From NCBI GenBank assembly GCA_003344405.1, contig NOWV01000180.1:124001-160530 (forward strand): 36,530 nt of DNA, read 5' to 3'. This DNA is from Trichoplax sp. H2 (lineage: Eukaryota). The notes under the pieces were generated by a model that was given only the letters and a program-made list of their open reading frames with translations, was not told the DNA's origin and did not search any database. Both the position numbers and the translations under genes were made by a program. Numbering within the stretch: position 1 is the first letter of the stretch; every line of letters starts with the position of its first letter. Shown piece by piece: positions 33,101 through 36,530 of the stretch.

Positions 33101-36100
33101 TAATACCATGTAGAAATGTTGATAAACTATCGCTGTGTTTATATTGTATTGTATTCTAGCCGATACAGGCAAAGTAAATAAGAATCTCGCCCTTAAAACT
33201 TATTTCATCAATCGAAAGTAAAAAGCTTTTCTTAAGGTTATCAATTCAGATCGCTTTTATATTAGCACCAAAGGTATTTGTTGAGAAAATTTGATGATAG
33301 GAAATAGGAAAGCTTAGGATCGATTAACAAGTTCTGGTAAGATAAAGGGCGATTAACAGTTGTGTTTATGAAGTTTGATATTATTATTAGATACTGATAA
33401 TATTCCTTTAATTACAATAAAGTACTACCAGACTTGCATTTGCCACATTAACAAAAACAAAAATTGGCGCAAAATTAAATGAAAAATGACTTGAGTCATG
33501 CGCTATCAGTCAAGTAGTCATAACTTTTAATGAGCATGAAAGCGCTAATAAAGTGAAAATACGCTTACAAGAACCAAGAAATGTTTATTTTCTTTCCTTA
33601 GGTAATATCATTTCATGAAAGAAAATACATTATATAAGGTACCATTTGATATTATAAGTCATATAAAGTAAATATCAAAGAAAATCTTTACAAGCAATCA
33701 AAGGACGTTGTCGAAATTTATAAAACCATGTACTGAACCAGCTACCAGCTTACTGTATCAATTAAATGAATAATTATAATCGGCTATATTAATTAATGTA
33801 TCTATCACTTTCTCAAGTAACAAGATTGAGATAGCATATTACCGCGTAATATATATGTATATATATAGCTTGTCATGTAGTCGCACAGATTGTTTAGCAC
33901 TACGGAAATAATTAATAGAAGTAGCAAAGTATTGATCAAAAACTTTTTGAGGTGTAGCGTTAAGTAAAAGATTATGAAATCGCTTTCATTATACAATTTT
34001 GAGGTACTCGCAGTAGGCTCTCGGAATCAAGAATATTTTCGAGTTGAAATAGATTGTCCATACAATTAATAGCATAAAATTACACTTGCTATAATAGGCT
34101 AAACAATTTAAATTAAAGATACCTAAATCCTCGGTAATTTATAGATCGATTTTACGTCGTGAAGTGAATCTCTACAAGAAAATGAAGTTCCTATCATAAT
34201 ATTTTCGAGATACTTCATCATAGATTGATATAGTTGTTATACTTCTCGAGAGCTATGCTATGAGAGTCTAGTCTGTAAACAATTCTCTATTGCAAGAGAT
34301 TCGGTATTTATGGTTATCAATTTTACACTACTTAACCTACCTACATTTCACTCTATTGTGCTTACATAAAATATAGTAAGTTTTAATTCAATATGAATTC
34401 ACTCTTATGTCTCTGCGTACAGTCAAAGCTATTTGTTACAGTTATAGGTACTTTCTGCAAATTATTTTCCATATGAATTCCTATTAATCATCAATTTTCA
34501 TGTAAAATTTAATTAGTTACATTAAGCTAATACAGTACCGAAAGATATGTTTTTCTGTCATGGGATATACGTTGGTATTTATCATTTCTACCACTATGAG
34601 GCTTATTTTACGTTCCCAAATATCATACTTATTAACATTAACTACTATAGCTATAGATTAATCGATATTAGAGAGATGTTGTAAAAAAACCTTGCTTGAG
34701 ATATATCTCTTATTTCCTTTAAAAATAGCAAGAATTGTTTGACATTCTGAGTAAAATGATGTTACTTTCCTTTATTATATTTCACAGCTGTGATTATTAA
34801 TAATAGCTGGATAAGTATTTATAGGTAAATATCAATTTAATGTGCATGCAAGTTGAATTTTTAATAGCCTAGAAGTGTTACAAATTGCTTGTTCACAGAA
34901 TACCTATACTAAAAGTGCCGTGCATTTTGGTCATTATTAAAGATGATAGGGAACTATAACAGCTAGCTTATTAAAAATATCAATACTTTGTTTACTTGTT
35001 AAGTGATTATGAGGACAGCTACATAAATAATGAAATGATGATCTAAATTTGAGTTACAGTTTCACTTCCTACAAAGAGAATAACTATGAGAGCCATACGT
35101 ACATTTATTATTAATTATTATCCATTATCCTTTAATTATTGTTCCCAATGACAAAATTATCCAAAATGTTGCATCTTATATCTGAAATTAATTTTGATAA
35201 ATATACAGCTGTAAGGGTGTTAAAGATTACCGTGAAGTATAAATGCGTTGTATTGATCGTTATGCAGTAGCTAGCTAATCGTCAGAGTTATAGATTATCT
35301 ATAAAACGTACTCACTTTCTAGCAAGGGCAAGTGAATTACTTCAATACGTAATTTATAAAAAGCTTAAAGGTCAGGTCGTTTTCTGATCATGACTGGCCT
35401 CGTGTTCTATGCGTGCCCTGACTTATTTTAAAGTAGAGCACAAAGTTATACAAATTTAGATCTAAGAATAGACGAAAGAAATATTGTTTATTAGTATTAA
35501 TTTCTATTTATAAACTTGTTATGGCACTGTGTTACCAATAAACTAATTATTGATTATATACGAGTATAATTAGTGAATAATGAACACCTTAGAATAGTCT
35601 AGGTAAGGTGATATGCTATGTTAGATATTTATTTTGCGAGGCTCGTAGTTAATATTTTAGTAATAGAGTTGTGATATAAAGTATCAACTATTACGAGTTT
35701 ATCAGCTAAAGATTGAAAGGCATACTAGATTTTAATATATAATCAAACCGTATATAGAAGGAGAATGAGGATTTCAAGACCTTAAGTTCCAGAATATCTA
35801 CATATTCGTATCTATTTAGTAACTGTGCAGTATATATTAATTAATGCAACCTGTAAAGTGTGTGTTGTATTAACTCCAGTCAACATCGGAATTCATGATA
35901 GAAATCGGTTTAAGCGTATGTGGTTGTAAAATAAAAGTAGTAATTGCTTAAGCTAAGAAGTGTTCAGGAGTTGTAACGTAAAGAAAAGTGTAGCAATTAA
36001 TCAATTTTCTGTGGAGTATAGCCGAGAAATCAACTTTTCATATATCGTTTACCCAAATACTGAAAATACTAAGAAAGTAGCCCGAGTTATTGTACCTATA

Positions 36101-36442
36101 CTAGAGTTCTTTGTAAAATTTTTGCTATAAGTGAGGGTCGTGACAATACTCTCTGACTGCGCGAATATAAATAGAAGTGTTTGTTACGGAGTCATGCTCC
36201 GAAATATTAATCGCTAAGTTAATTAAAATATCTCATTTAAATTATTGTTTGCTCCAGTAGCTTATTAGATATTAATGTTTATTCATAAGTACTTGTTCAA
36301 TATTGTTGACATCTCGGAGCTAACAAGCTTAATCTGTAAACGTTAATTAATAACACCTTAAGTGTAAGATCAATTACTTTGCAGAGCCTTGAGGCTCTAG
36401 TTGCTATACTAGGATATGTATACTGTACAGTGTAAGCCGCTA

Positions 36443-36513
36443 TTTCAAGAATATTCACAAGTGTACCATCGGCGAGACTATAAAAAGCGGAGCACTAGCT
36501 TAGCTTCTCAGTT
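36443..36513 (+). promoter_or_regulatory. Pol II core promoter: heat-shock element + TATA + Inr, for a gene beyond the window end
   Basis: tTTCa-aGAAt-aTTCa at 36443-36457 (three inverted nGAAn units), TATAAAA at 36479-36485, TCAGTT at 36508-36513 with the A at 36510, placing the TATA at -31. Confidence 0.7.
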
Positions 36514-36530
36514 CCAGTTAGTCATTTGCA

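Overview
AT-rich, intron-dense eukaryotic (animal) genomic DNA. The compact gene layout and gene content suggest an early-branching metazoan such as the placozoan Trichoplax; this is an inference, not verified. I spliced five genes by hand: (1) EEF1D on the minus strand, 11 exons including a 16-nt microexon; (2) CPT2 on the plus strand, head-to-head with EEF1D, with two consecutive GC-AG introns; (3) a signal peptide-EGF-EGF-Ig-Ig-FN3 gene on the minus strand with an apparently decayed 3' end; (4) a UBF/UBTF-like Pol I factor on the minus strand with a Lys-rich N-terminal extension, a SANT-like dimerisation domain, 3 HMG boxes and no acidic tail; (5) a 2-exon orphan class A GPCR on the minus strand. 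Directly upstream of UBF lies a nested repeat block: a 44/50/80-bp array, a 603/516-bp array, and a ~130-bp array carrying a (CCCTAA)3 insertion. Two N-gaps flank duplicated sequence that is probably an assembly artefact. The last ~6 kb has no gene I can support, but the window ends in a textbook HSE-TATA-Inr promoter. The best leads are the enhancer-like repeat array in front of UBF, the hairpin-packed EEF1D intron 2 with a possible poison exon, the alternative CPT2 presequence exons and GC-AG introns, and the heat-shock promoter.
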